Made by a program: the position numbers and the translations under genes. A DNA stretch of 32,000 bases from an uncultured Eggerthellaceae bacterium (GTDB lineage: Bacteria > Actinomycetota > Coriobacteriia > Coriobacteriales > Eggerthellaceae), in NCBI GenBank assembly GCA_947566075.1, contig CANOIM010000006.1, positions 91,930 to 123,929 of the forward strand, read 5' to 3'. Under the pieces are notes generated by a model, which was given only the letters and a program-made list of their open reading frames with translations, was not told where the DNA came from and did not search any database. This document shows positions 23,065 through 32,000 of the stretch, piece by piece. The first letter of the stretch is position 1. The number at the start of each line of letters is the position of its first letter.

Positions 23065-23838
23065 TTACGAGATACCAATGACGTGGGCTTCTCCTGAGAC
23101 AATAGGAACAACGCTTCCGTCATCAGTGCGGATCATCATGCGCCCTGCTTCGTCTACGTGGAGGAATGCCCCTTCGATGGTCCCCTGCCCTGCTTGGATG
23201 GATACTCTTCGACCGGACATGACATTGTGTTCGTTGTATTCGGAAAGGAAATGCAGGAAGGGCTGATCGAGCCACGAATTATAGAGGATTCCTAGCTCTG
23301 TCAAGAGCACATCGCCCACTTTTTCTACCGACGGACATCCTCCTGGGCATTCTAACCCAGCCAGATAGGCTTCCGTGCCTGGTTGGGAACGGGAGGGAGG
23401 CATCACGTTGATGCCGATGCCCAGGCACAAGCCCTCTGCCGTTCCTTCCAAGGACATCCCCGAGAGCTTTCGGTACCCCTCTCCCGCTTCCACGACAACG
23501 TCATTAGGCCATTTGAGCTTCAGAGCGCAGGCTGCTTCCGGGGCAAGGAAGCCCACAGCTGTCCTGCGCACCGCTATGCCGCAGACCAGGCTCAGCGTAG
23601 GGAGCTTGGCTGTCAGATCAGTTAGGTTGATGGCTTGGTGAGCGCCAGGTCGCAAGAGCACTGAGAGGTACAGCCCTCCCTTCGGGCTGGACCAAACGTG
23701 GCCTCGTCGGCCATAGCCTCCCGTCTGGGTCTCAGCCATGACCACGGTGCCTTCAGGGGCACCTTCGGCGATAAGGCTCTTGATGTGATCATTGGTGGAA
23801 CCCACCTCACCGAGACGGGTGATCTGGAACGGGATCAC
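23065..23838 (-). CDS. birA: Biotin--[acetyl-CoA-carboxylase] ligase (class I, no HTH domain)
   Basis: 257 aa. QTGGYGRRGHVWSSPKGGLYLS (GRGRxGRxW-type motif) and KWPNDV. ATGA-type overlap with the folP/folK stop. Confidence 0.85.
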   Translation of the reverse strand: MIPFQITRLGEVGSTNDHIKSLIAEGAPEGTVVMAETQTGGYGRRGHVWSSPKGGLYLSVLLRPGAHQAINLTDLTAKLPTLSLVCGIAVRRTAVGFLAPEAACALKLKWPNDVVVEAGEGYRKLSGMSLEGTAEGLCLGIGINVMPPSRSQPGTEAYLAGLECPGGCPSVEKVGDVLLTELGILYNSWLDQPFLHFLSEYNEHNVMSGRRVSIQAGQGTIEGAFLHVDEAGRMMIRTDDGSVVPIVSGEAHVIGIS

Positions 23839-25154
23839 AGCCGCTCCGCAGCGCCCACGCGCTTCGCCTCGGGCAGCTCTGTGATAGGCCTGCCATCTGC
23901 CAGGATATGCCCCGGAAGGATGGCCTCGATGGGCTTGACGACGAAGTCCCGTTCCGTAGCCCGGGGGTGTGGGAGCGCAAGGTCTTCGGTGGCGTAGGCA
24001 TACATCTGATAGTCAACGATGTCTATATCCAGGGTGCGCGGGCCATTCGGCTCCTTGCGAACACGGCCCAGCATATCTTCGATGGCATGGAGGCATTCCA
24101 GGAGCTCCCGTGGGGGCAGCCCGGTGCGCAACAGCACGGCAGTGTTCACGAAATCATCCTGATCTTCCTTATAGGCTGCCTTGCTCCTATAGAAGGGCGC
24201 TGCATCAATGAGGAGGGAATCAGGGAGCTGACAGAGCTTCCCTATCCCCAGGTTGATCTGAGCCTGCTTGGCCTCGTCCTCCTCCCCACGCTCAGCCACC
24301 AGGGCCACGTTGGAACCCAGGCTGAGGATGACGTAGGGACGGAGCTCCTTCAGCGCCTCCATGGTTGTGGGAACGTTGTGGGTACGGATGATGGAAGCCC
24401 CCAGCTCTGCCGCCAAGAGGGCTTCGGCTGCCGAGGCTTCATCCCGCTTCGCTATGTCTTGAGCATCCAGCTTGTAGGTGCGGGTGATGAAGCTCTTCCG
24501 TGACACGGCGCACATGACCGGATAGCCCAAGTGCCTGACTTCGTGGAGGTTGCGCAGGAGCTCTACGGTCTGTGAGGGGGTCTTGCCGAAGCCGGGACCC
24601 GGATCCACGCAGATCCTGTCCCGCGCTATGCCCGCTTCCTCTAGGAGAGCAGCCTGCTGACCAAGGAAGGCGCAGACCTCTGTCACCACGTCCCCATACT
24701 GAGGATCATCCTGCATGGTCTTCGGATCCCCCTGCATATGCATGACCACGAGCCCTGCATCCGTCATGCGGACCGCTTCCACCATGGCAGGATCTTGGAA
24801 GCCGGAAACGTCGTTCACGATGGAAGCGCCTGTCGCCAGAGCACGCGTGGCCACTGCGGCATGGCGCGTATCCACAGACACGCACGCCCCTTCGGCAGCC
24901 AGAGCGCTGATCACTCCCTCGATGCGGGCCCATTCCTCTTCCGCACCCACCGGTTCAGCTCCCGGGCGCGTGGACTCCCCGCCTACATCGATGATCTCAG
25001 CCCCCGCCTCTAACATGGCGCGGGCTTGAGCAAGGGCGGCCTGGGTGTCAGAAGCCAGGCCATCCCCTGAGAAGGAATCCGGCGTCATATTCACGATGCC
25101 CATCACATGAGGGCACCTGCAATCGAATTCGAACGAGCGGCACTTCCAGAACAC
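23835..25154 (-). CDS. folP: Bifunctional dihydropteroate synthase / 6-hydroxymethyl-dihydropterin pyrophosphokinase (FolP-FolK fusion)
   Basis: 439 aa. The N-terminal part (PHVMGIVNMTPDSFSGDG...DVGGESTRPGA...SVDT...DPGPGFGK) is DHPS. The C-terminal about 160 aa (YVILSLGSNV...RTLDIDIV...LPHPRATERDFVVKP) are HPPK. The GTG start at 25154 aligns with the E. coli FolP N-terminus and overlaps the ftsH stop by 1 nt. Confidence 0.85.
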   Translation of the reverse strand: MFWKCRSFEFDCRCPHVMGIVNMTPDSFSGDGLASDTQAALAQARAMLEAGAEIIDVGGESTRPGAEPVGAEEEWARIEGVISALAAEGACVSVDTRHAAVATRALATGASIVNDVSGFQDPAMVEAVRMTDAGLVVMHMQGDPKTMQDDPQYGDVVTEVCAFLGQQAALLEEAGIARDRICVDPGPGFGKTPSQTVELLRNLHEVRHLGYPVMCAVSRKSFITRTYKLDAQDIAKRDEASAAEALLAAELGASIIRTHNVPTTMEALKELRPYVILSLGSNVALVAERGEEDEAKQAQINLGIGKLCQLPDSLLIDAAPFYRSKAAYKEDQDDFVNTAVLLRTGLPPRELLECLHAIEDMLGRVRKEPNGPRTLDIDIVDYQMYAYATEDLALPHPRATERDFVVKPIEAILPGHILADGRPITELPEAKRVGAAERL

Positions 25155-27703
25155 TAGCGCTTGTCCTTCTTGGTGCCATAGGGATCATCGTAAGGGTCAT
25201 CCAGGTGCGGGATGTTCACATAGGGAGACTTCATCATGATGTCTTCCCGACGGATCTCCTCATCCACCTGCTCCTGAGTGGGCTCATCCGAGGTGTCAGC
25301 ATCCTCAGCGGGCTTCCGATAGGGGCCATTCGGGTCTTGATCCCCCGGTTCCACCCGCTCATCGCGCCAATGGGGATCAGCCAACGCCTCACCAGCATCT
25401 GGATCCGCCTCAGCGCTGTCTGCGGGAGCCTCAAGGGCCGGATCAGAGCCGATAGGCTCATCGGCATGGAGGGGCTTGTCAGGTTTCACAGGCTGGGAAG
25501 GATCAACAGCATCATACCTATGGGGCGGGTCTGGCATCACTGCCTTCGCAGGATCACCGCCTTCAGGAGACGCAGCCGCCCCGTCTTGCGGAGCATCTTC
25601 CACCAGCTCTGGATGCTCGGCGGCATCCTTCGCGCGGGCTTCGGCCTCCTCCTGCTCATGCTTGGCGATGATCTCATGTTCGTGGGCCAAGTATTCCGGC
25701 CACTGGTTATCCAGGAGCGCCTGGCACGCTTCGCCTTCCACGGTCTCCCGTTCCAGCAGCACGCTGGCCATGAGATCCATCTGGTCTGCATGGGCGGTCA
25801 GGATATCGTAGGCCTTATCGTGGGCCTCCTTCATGATGAGCGACACCTCATCATCTATCTTGCGCGCTGTCTCTTCCGAATAGTCTTGGGTGTTCCCGTA
25901 ATCACGCCCCAGGAAGACCTCGTGGTTGGGCTGGCCGAACACCTGAGTGCCCAACGGGCTCATGCCGTACTGGGTGACCATGGCCCGAGCCATCTTGGAG
26001 GCGCGTTCCAGGTCATTGGAGGCACCGGTGGTGATGTCATCGCAGAAGATCTCCTCAGCCACGCGGCCGCCCATGAACACGGCCAATTCCGCCTTCATCT
26101 CTGAGACCGTGTTGAGCACCTTGTCCTCATCAGGGATGGACAGGGTGTAACCCAGCGCCCGCCCACGCGAGATGATGCTGATCTTGTGCACCGGGTCAGC
26201 GTGGTCAAGCAGATGGCCCACCAAAGCGTGGCCGCTCTCGTGGTAGGCGATGATGTGCTTGGTCTGCTCGTTCATCACGCGCCCCTTGCGCTCAGGGCCT
26301 GCTATCACGCGCTCTAAGGATTCGTTCACCTCGCGCATGGTGATGATCTTCTTGGACTTGCGCGCCGTGAGCAACGCAGATTCGTTCATGAGGTTTGCCA
26401 GGTCAGCACCGGTGAAGCCCGGGGTGATCTTGGCGATGGCCTCCAGGTCAACGTCAGAGCCCAGGGGCTTATCCTTGGAGTGCACTTCCAAGATGCGCTG
26501 ACGGCCCTTGACGTCTGGCGTATCCACCACGATCTGCCTGTCGAAGCGGCCTGGGCGCAGCAATGCCGGATCCAGGACATCAGCCCGGTTCGTAGCCGCT
26601 ATCAGCACCACGGATTCTGTGGCGTCAAAGCCGTCCATCTCCACCAGCAGCTGGTTCAGAGTTTGCTCACGCTCATCATGGCCGCCGCCCAGGCCCGTGC
26701 CCCTCTGACGACCCACCGCATCTATCTCGTCGATGAAGATGATGGAAGGCGCCGCTTCCTTCGCGTCCTTGAACAGGTCACGCACGCGGCTAGCACCCAC
26801 GCCCACGAACATCTCCACGAAATCAGAACCGGAGATGCTGAAGAAGGGCACCCCTGCCTCACCGGCCACAGCCCGCGCCAGAAGCGTCTTGCCGGTGCCC
26901 GGAGGGCCCACCAGCAAACACCCGCGGGGGATCTTCGCCCCGATGGCCTGGTATTTCTCCGGGTTCGCCAGGAAGTCCTTGACCTCCTGCATCTCCTCCA
27001 CGGCCTCATCCACACCCGCCACATCTGAGAACTTGACATCCGGCCGCTCTTCCACGGTCTTCTTCGCCTTGTTCTTTCCGAAGCTCATCTGGGAATTGCT
27101 GGCCTTCTGCATCTGATTGAAGAAGAAGATCAGCAGCACCGCTATGAGCACGAAGGGCAGAAGCGATACGAGGATGGACGTCCAAGCCGAGGGCAACGTG
27201 ATCTCATACTGCACGTTGGGATGGCTGGCCAACAGCTCACCCAAGGAATCCGCACCCACGTACACGCTGCTGTAGGCCCGTTCCGTTCCCAGCTTGAGCG
27301 TTTCCAGCGTGCGGGTGGAGATGCCCCCTAAGCGGTTGCCATCCTTGTCCGCCTCCTGGGCCATGAGCGCGTTCATGGCATCGAAGCCCTCATTGAAGGC
27401 ATCTACCATGGAGGCACCTGGCGTGGCCGCCGGGTAGTACTTGCCGTTCACCGTGTAATCGTTGGCGGCATAGACGACGCTGGTCACCCGGTCTTGTTCT
27501 ACCGCGCGAACGAATTCGCCCGTGTCCAGCGTATCCGTGACCGTTGACTGGCTCATGCTCAGGAACTGGCTTCCCAAGAAGAGCCCCACCAGGCAGAGGG
27601 CTATCACCCAGATGATGATGTTGCGCGGATTCTTGTAGGGCTGGCTTTGCTTGCCCTGCTTCGGATCCGATGGCGTGCTTGGCTTGTCTGGCATTCGATC
27701 CAC
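25154..27703 (-). CDS. ftsH: ATP-dependent zinc metalloprotease FtsH with a long acidic/Pro-rich C-terminal tail
   Basis: Walker A GPPGTGKT, Walker [12 protein letters not shown] region and HESGHAL zinc motif. The track start at 27703 is a GTG. The ATG at 27694 has AAGGTGG, overlapping the hpt stop, at good spacing. Confidence 0.95.
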   Translation of the reverse strand: MDRMPDKPSTPSDPKQGKQSQPYKNPRNIIIWVIALCLVGLFLGSQFLSMSQSTVTDTLDTGEFVRAVEQDRVTSVVYAANDYTVNGKYYPAATPGASMVDAFNEGFDAMNALMAQEADKDGNRLGGISTRTLETLKLGTERAYSSVYVGADSLGELLASHPNVQYEITLPSAWTSILVSLLPFVLIAVLLIFFFNQMQKASNSQMSFGKNKAKKTVEERPDVKFSDVAGVDEAVEEMQEVKDFLANPEKYQAIGAKIPRGCLLVGPPGTGKTLLARAVAGEAGVPFFSISGSDFVEMFVGVGASRVRDLFKDAKEAAPSIIFIDEIDAVGRQRGTGLGGGHDEREQTLNQLLVEMDGFDATESVVLIAATNRADVLDPALLRPGRFDRQIVVDTPDVKGRQRILEVHSKDKPLGSDVDLEAIAKITPGFTGADLANLMNESALLTARKSKKIITMREVNESLERVIAGPERKGRVMNEQTKHIIAYHESGHALVGHLLDHADPVHKISIISRGRALGYTLSIPDEDKVLNTVSEMKAELAVFMGGRVAEEIFCDDITTGASNDLERASKMARAMVTQYGMSPLGTQVFGQPNHEVFLGRDYGNTQDYSEETARKIDDEVSLIMKEAHDKAYDILTAHADQMDLMASVLLERETVEGEACQALLDNQWPEYLAHEHEIIAKHEQEEAEARAKDAAEHPELVEDAPQDGAAASPEGGDPAKAVMPDPPHRYDAVDPSQPVKPDKPLHADEPIGSDPALEAPADSAEADPDAGEALADPHWRDERVEPGDQDPNGPYRKPAEDADTSDEPTQEQVDEEIRREDIMMKSPYVNIPHLDDPYDDPYGTKKDKR

Positions 27704-27705
27704 CT

Positions 27706-28278
27706 TTATCTATAGATCTCCGGTTTGAGCGAGCCGATATAGCTCAGGTTCCGGTACTGTTCGGCATAGTCAAGGCCATAGCCCACGACGAACTCATCCG
27801 GGCATTCGAAGCCCAGGTAAGCGCAATCCACCTCTTCTACACGAGGGATGTCCTTGCGCAACATAGCGGCCACCTGGATGGAGAGCGGCCCCCGGGAGAG
27901 CAGGCTCTTGCGCAGGTAGCTCAGCGTGAGCCCTGAATCGATGATGTCCTCAGCGATGATCAGGTGCTTCCCCTGGATGCTACCCGAAAGATCCTTCGTG
28001 ATGCGCACTTCCCCTGAGCTCTTCGTGGAAGCGCCGTAGGAGGAAACGGACATGTAGTCCATCTCCAAGGGCAAGTCCACCGCCCGGGCCAGATCAGCCA
28101 TGAAGATGGCTGCGCCCCGGAGGACGCACATCATGACCACTTCCTGGCCTTGAGCCACCAGGGGCGCATAATCTTCCGTGATGGCCTGGCCTAGCTCACG
28201 CACCCGCGCAGATATCTGCTCAGGAGAGAAGAGGACCTCTTGGATATCGGTGTGCACTTGCCATTCCTTGCTACGCAT
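27706..28278 (-). CDS. hpt: Hypoxanthine phosphoribosyltransferase
   Basis: 190 aa. PRPP-binding motif LIIAEDIIDSGLTL. Classical position between tilS and ftsH. Confidence 0.9.
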   Translation of the reverse strand: MRSKEWQVHTDIQEVLFSPEQISARVRELGQAITEDYAPLVAQGQEVVMMCVLRGAAIFMADLARAVDLPLEMDYMSVSSYGASTKSSGEVRITKDLSGSIQGKHLIIAEDIIDSGLTLSYLRKSLLSRGPLSIQVAAMLRKDIPRVEEVDCAYLGFECPDEFVVGYGLDYAEQYRNLSYIGSLKPEIYR

Positions 28279-28387
28279 TCTTCGTCCCCGTCAGTGTACC
28301 ATTCGCACCTTCCAGGACAGAGGATGCGTCAGGGGATGGTCATTTTCTACATATGGGCATGCGCCTGCAAGCGCAACGGCCCAGGGC

Positions 28388-29038
28388 TCAACCCTGCAGT
28401 TCAGGGTATTCAGCCAGCAAACGCTCTACCGGCAGGCCCACGATGGTATCGAACGCGCCCGCGTAGCCTTCGATGAGCGCCCGGCCCTCCCCCTGGATGG
28501 CATAAGCCCCCGCCTTGTCGTAGGATTCGCCCTTGCGCAGGTAGTCCGCTATCTCCTCTTCCGTCAGCGGCTTGAAGGTGACCGAGGAGGCATCGGCGAA
28601 GGTGCGATAGGCTAAAGACACCTCCCCATCAGCGCCCACCAGCAGCATCCACAAGGAAACGCCCGTGATCACCTGATGGGTGCACCCCGAAAGCTCGCGC
28701 AGCATACGCTTGGCATCCTCCAGGTTCCGGGGCTTGCCGAAGATCTCAGACCCCTTCACTACCATGGTATCGGCCCCCAGAACGGCGAACATGCCCGCTT
28801 CGCCCGAAGCCAGGAGCTCCTGCACGGCAGCTCCCGCCTTCTTCTCAGCCAGCTTCTTGGCCGCCTCGGCCGGGATCATGAGGTCATCGGCCCCTAGAGA
28901 CTCGTCCACCGGCTCTGAGAGCACGAGCACCCGCACGGCCACGCCCGCCTCTTCCAGCAGCTGCTTGCGGCGCGGGCTGGCGCTGGCCAAGACCACCTGG
29001 GGCTTCGCCGTTTCGCGGGCGTTCGTCTCGTTCGACAT
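28388..29038 (-). CDS. maf: Maf-like nucleoside triphosphate pyrophosphatase (septum formation protein Maf)
   Basis: 216 aa. VVLASASPRRKQLLEEAG and KAGAYAIQG motifs. The start abuts the tilS stop with no gap. Confidence 0.85.
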   Translation of the reverse strand: MSNETNARETAKPQVVLASASPRRKQLLEEAGVAVRVLVLSEPVDESLGADDLMIPAEAAKKLAEKKAGAAVQELLASGEAGMFAVLGADTMVVKGSEIFGKPRNLEDAKRMLRELSGCTHQVITGVSLWMLLVGADGEVSLAYRTFADASSVTFKPLTEEEIADYLRKGESYDKAGAYAIQGEGRALIEGYAGAFDTIVGLPVERLLAEYPELQG

Positions 29039-30148
29039 TCAGACCTTCTTCCTGCGAGCCCGGAACTCGCTCATGGGTTCGATGCGCACACCCGTCTTAT
29101 TCGCGCTGACTGCGATGTTCCCCTGGATGTTGTCCACATGGCCGCTCACGGGGCTGCCACCGGCGAAGGCTTCCAAGACCCGCTCTACGCTGCGGGCATC
29201 GATGCGCTCTTCAGGCCCCAGCATGGCCTTGAGCACCTTGTGGACGCAACGGCGCTGCAAGGGCCTTGGCTGGTGGCCGAAAGCGGGTTCCAGCAGCCAA
29301 CCGCGCTCTGGGGTGCCCTCTATGAGCAGGATGGCATCATGGTTGAGCACATCATCTGCCAAAGCGTCCAGCATGTCGTCTTCATCAGCGATGAGGTTCA
29401 TGGACCGCACCAGGTTGTCCGTAGCGCGCACGTCCCATTCGCGCGTCTTGGGCACGATGGACTGGCGCACGTAGGCTCGGAACCGGTCCGTATGGGCATT
29501 GGTGGCATCTTCGCGCCAGAGACTGCCCCGCTCATCCCGGATGACCGGTGCGTCTTCCGCTTCAGCCCGTTCGCGAATGAAGGAGCGCAAGTCAGCCCGG
29601 GTGCAATCCAACAGCGGCCGCACCACATTGCCGTTTTTGTAGAGCATGCTGCGGAAGCCGCCCGGCCCCGTGCCCACGATAGAGCGCATATAGAAGCTCT
29701 CTACCCGGTCATCGGCCGTATGGGCGGTGAGGATGCGCCCCTCTGAGAGGGGAACGGCCTCGTGCATGCATACCGAAGAGAGCGCCTCCTTGGCAGCCTG
29801 GTAGCGCTCCCGCCTCCCCTGGGCCTCCACGTTCTCATGGGCTAACTGCGCCTCCCGCGCCACGTCCACTTCGCAGCAGAAGAACGGGAAGCTCAGCGCC
29901 TCAGCCAATTGGCGGCAGAACTCAGCATCCCCTTCGGCATCCTTGCCCCGCAGCAGGTGATTCACATGGAGCAACGCCACCGGCCCCACATCCCCGCTTC
30001 GACGCAGCTCATGCATGACGTAGGCCAAGGCGGTGGAATCAGAGCCGCCCGATACCATGAGCAAGCAGGCTGAATCAGGCCCGAAGAGGTCTCGGGTCTG
30101 GGCCGTCTTGCGGGCGGCATCTACGATATGTCCGGTGCGCTTCGTCAT
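29039..30148 (-). CDS. tilS: tRNA(Ile)-lysidine synthase
   Basis: 369 aa. PP-loop LLMVSGGSDSTAL and the TAHTADD motif. Confidence 0.85.
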   Translation of the reverse strand: MTKRTGHIVDAARKTAQTRDLFGPDSACLLMVSGGSDSTALAYVMHELRRSGDVGPVALLHVNHLLRGKDAEGDAEFCRQLAEALSFPFFCCEVDVAREAQLAHENVEAQGRRERYQAAKEALSSVCMHEAVPLSEGRILTAHTADDRVESFYMRSIVGTGPGGFRSMLYKNGNVVRPLLDCTRADLRSFIRERAEAEDAPVIRDERGSLWREDATNAHTDRFRAYVRQSIVPKTREWDVRATDNLVRSMNLIADEDDMLDALADDVLNHDAILLIEGTPERGWLLEPAFGHQPRPLQRRCVHKVLKAMLGPEERIDARSVERVLEAFAGGSPVSGHVDNIQGNIAVSANKTGVRIEPMSEFRARRKKV

Positions 30149-30192
30149 GGTGTAATCTTCGCTATGGGAACTGTACCAGATAAGGAGCAGTC

Positions 30193-31200
30193 ATGGCACC
30201 GAACCGCAAACCTCGCATCCTCTATGTGGCGAAGATCCTCTTCCAGGAGACGGACCCGGATCACGGGCTCTCCCTGCCCCAGATCCAGGAGCGCCTGGAA
30301 GGGTACGGGGTGGCTTCGGAACGGAAGGCCCTCTATCGTGATCTGGAGCATTTGCGCACCTTCGGGCTGGATATCCAAAGGCTCCCTACGCGCCCGGTGA
30401 GCTACGCTCTGGCGAAGCGGTCATTCACCCCTGGGCAGATGGCGCTCCTGCTTGATGCCGTGCGCACCTCGCGCACCCTGACGGAGGCAAATGCCCAGGA
30501 CCTGACCGAGAAGCTGCACCAGCTGCAATCCATCCACCAAGCGGATGCCTCCCGGGCTCAAGTGCACGTCTCAGGCCGGGTGGGCACCCAGAACGCCGCC
30601 GTGCTGGATACGCTCTCCGTTATCCGCCAAGCTTTGGCGGAGAAGAGGGATATCTCCTTCGAATACCTGCGCTATGACTGCAAGTTGGATCTGGTGAAGG
30701 TGGCAGCCGAAGATGGTCAGGAGCGCCTGAAGACCCCGCTCTTCCTCCTCTATGCCGATGACAAGTACTATCTGCTCACCTTCGATGAGTATGCCCCGGA
30801 TCACATCCGGAGCTATCGCGTGGACCGCATGGCGAACGTCATGATCCGGGATGAGTCTGATGCTACCCATAAGCCGGATGCCGCTTTCGATATCAGCCGC
30901 TACGAACGTGAGCGCCTGGGGATGTACAACCTGAAACCGGTGCCCATCAAACTGTTCGTACCCAAAGAGCTGATCGGCCAGATGGTGGACATCTTCGGGC
31001 TAGAGGGAACCTCTTCGGTGCCCACGGGCCCCACAGAAGAGGCGGCCTTCGTGCATGTGACCGCTTCTCCCAGCCCCGTGCTCTTCAGCCAGATAGCCCA
31101 GTTCGGAGGGAAGGTGCGCATCCTCAGCCCCCAGCGCGTGGTGGATGCCTATGAAGCGCACCTGGAAGCCTGCCTGAGCGAAGGGACAACGGGGACGTAG
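30193..31200 (+). CDS. HTH-WYL-WCX transcriptional regulator
   Basis: 335 aa. N-terminal wHTH (ILYVAKILFQETDPDHGLSLPQIQERLE...SERKALYRDLEHLRTFGLDI). Central WYL-like SH3 beta-barrel region (ISFEYLRYD...KYYLLTFDEYAPDHIRSYRVDRM). C-terminal extension. SD AAGGAG upstream. Confidence 0.8.
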   Translation: MAPNRKPRILYVAKILFQETDPDHGLSLPQIQERLEGYGVASERKALYRDLEHLRTFGLDIQRLPTRPVSYALAKRSFTPGQMALLLDAVRTSRTLTEANAQDLTEKLHQLQSIHQADASRAQVHVSGRVGTQNAAVLDTLSVIRQALAEKRDISFEYLRYDCKLDLVKVAAEDGQERLKTPLFLLYADDKYYLLTFDEYAPDHIRSYRVDRMANVMIRDESDATHKPDAAFDISRYERERLGMYNLKPVPIKLFVPKELIGQMVDIFGLEGTSSVPTGPTEEAAFVHVTASPSPVLFSQIAQFGGKVRILSPQRVVDAYEAHLEACLSEGTTGT

Positions 31201-31290
31201 GCCATTGTCCCCGTTTCCGATGGTGGTACTTGAGTAGTGAGCCTTTTGAGACAACGGGGACAATGGCCTACGTCCCCGTTGTCCCTTCGC
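31178..31290. repeat. 38-bp perfect inverted repeat (arms 31178-31215 and 31253-31290, 37-nt spacer) filling a convergent intergenic gap; probable bidirectional terminator or a palindromic element
   Basis: The arms were verified base by base as exact reverse complements. Each arm also holds its own 8-bp hairpin (ACGGGGAC-N10-GTCCCCGT). The left arm covers the last 23 nt of the WYL CDS. The right arm ends 4 nt before the ABC permease stop. Confidence 0.85.
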
Positions 31291-31294
31291 CGGG

Positions 31295-32000
31295 CTATTC
31301 GCTGCGGAGAGCTTCTACCGGGTCTTTCCGGCTGGCGCTTGATGCCGGGATGAGGCCCGCGATGAACGACAGGAACACGCTGATGAGGACCAGGATGAGC
31401 CCGGCCATCCAGGGCAGGCTGGCCACATTCGGCACGTCGAAGAGCGCATAGACGATAGCGCTGGCAGGAATGCAACAGAGCGCCGTGATACCCACGCCCA
31501 ACACGCCGGATATCAACCCCTCGATCACCGTTTCCGCGTTGAAGATCTGAGAGATGTTCCCCTTGCTGGCCCCGATGGCCCGCAGGATGCCTATCTCCTT
31601 CTTGCGCTCAAGCACGCTGATGTAGGTGATGACGCCGATCATGATAGAGCTCACGATGAGGCTGATGGACACGAAGGCGATCAGCACGTAAGAGATCATA
31701 TCTATGATGGTGGTGACCGAGCTCATGAGCGCGCCTACGATATCCGTATAGGTGATGGCCTTGGATTCCTGACCCGTGGAGTTCATCTCATCGTTATAGG
31801 CATCCAGGATATCTATGATCCCCTGCTTGGCCTCGAAATCCTTGGCGAAGATATCTATCTCGTAGGGCTTCTCTAGCTGAGCGTAGTCCAGCTTAGCCAG
31901 GTTGTTATCGAAGGAGGCCTCTTCAGGAGCCATCATGGACATGATGAGCTCAGTCAGCTCATCCTCGGTCATGTCGAACCGGAATGCGTTCTTGAAGGCC
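31295..32000 (-). CDS. ABC transporter permease, FtsX/MacB-type, C-terminal part (gene continues beyond the window end)
   Basis: ERKKEIGILRAIGASKGNISQIFNAETVIEGLISGVLGVGI is the FtsX-domain signature. The frame stays open upstream of the track Met (31972) to the window edge (..AFKNAFRFDMTEDE..). Confidence 0.8.
   Translation of the reverse strand, partial: AFKNAFRFDMTEDELTELIMSMMAPEEASFDNNLAKLDYAQLEKPYEIDIFAKDFEAKQGIIDILDAYNDEMNSTGQESKAITYTDIVGALMSSVTTIIDMISYVLIAFVSISLIVSSIMIGVITYISVLERKKEIGILRAIGASKGNISQIFNAETVIEGLISGVLGVGITALCCIPASAIVYALFDVPNVASLPWMAGLILVLISVFLSFIAGLIPASSASRKDPVEALRSE

Noticed and set aside
31149-31475. Track ORFs 31230-31451 (+) and 31149-31475 (-), which both contain the peptide TGTMAYVPVVPS
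   Set aside because: The shared peptide is a direct consequence of translating the two arms of the 38-bp inverted repeat. The minus-strand ORF also overlaps the ABC permease gene out of frame.
30193-32000. The WYL regulator as the BrxR/CapW-type controller of an adjacent defence system
   Set aside because: The only downstream gene is a convergent FtsX-type ABC permease. No co-oriented defence-like genes (nucleases, ATPases, methyltransferases, cyclases) are visible in the window.
1-32000. CRISPR arrays, IS elements, integrons and rRNA genes
   Set aside because: Apart from the three CCTGCATAT copies noted above, no regularly spaced direct repeats were seen. No transposase- or integrase-like translations were seen, and no rRNA-like sequence.

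Overview
GC-rich chromosomal segment. Gene content suggests a high-GC Gram-positive, possibly Coriobacteriia/Eggerthellaceae-like; that is inference only, since no search was possible. It is mostly housekeeping, densely packed and largely minus-strand.

Gene order, left to right:
- arcA' (partial) and arcD (arginine deiminase pathway)
- an ArsR-type regulator with a large N-terminal domain
- a class III Fic AMPylase directly downstream of an initiator-type tRNA-Met
- UspA, an amidohydrolase, aroK, an EamA transporter and a DUF2207-like membrane protein
- tRNA-Ser(GCU), followed by an 83-bp perfect duplication of its 3' end plus terminator
- a vapBC toxin-antitoxin pair
- an OatA-like acyltransferase-3/SGNH protein and a small membrane protein
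- ispE, tadA and tRNA-Ser(UGA)
- a small Cys-rich ORF, citrate synthase and tRNA-Arg(ACG)
- a two-gene unit: a channel-less MgtE sensor protein plus an NRAMP-related transporter with Mg2+-type (NRMT) site substitutions
- an Rrf2 regulator and an NhaC antiporter
- a long co-directional cluster: tilS-maf-hpt-ftsH-folP/folK-birA-bioY
- a WYL regulator, a 38-bp perfect inverted repeat, and a partial FtsX-type ABC permease

No CRISPR array, integrase, transposase or recognisable defence system was seen.

Observations most worth follow-up:
- the MgtE-sensor/NRMT operon
- the att-like tRNA-Ser duplication next to vapBC
- the 38-bp inverted repeat that fills a convergent intergenic gap
- the tRNA-fMet/Fic arrangement
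- several operator-like palindromes

All calls rest on reading the translations and sequence by eye. No database search or RNA folding was run.
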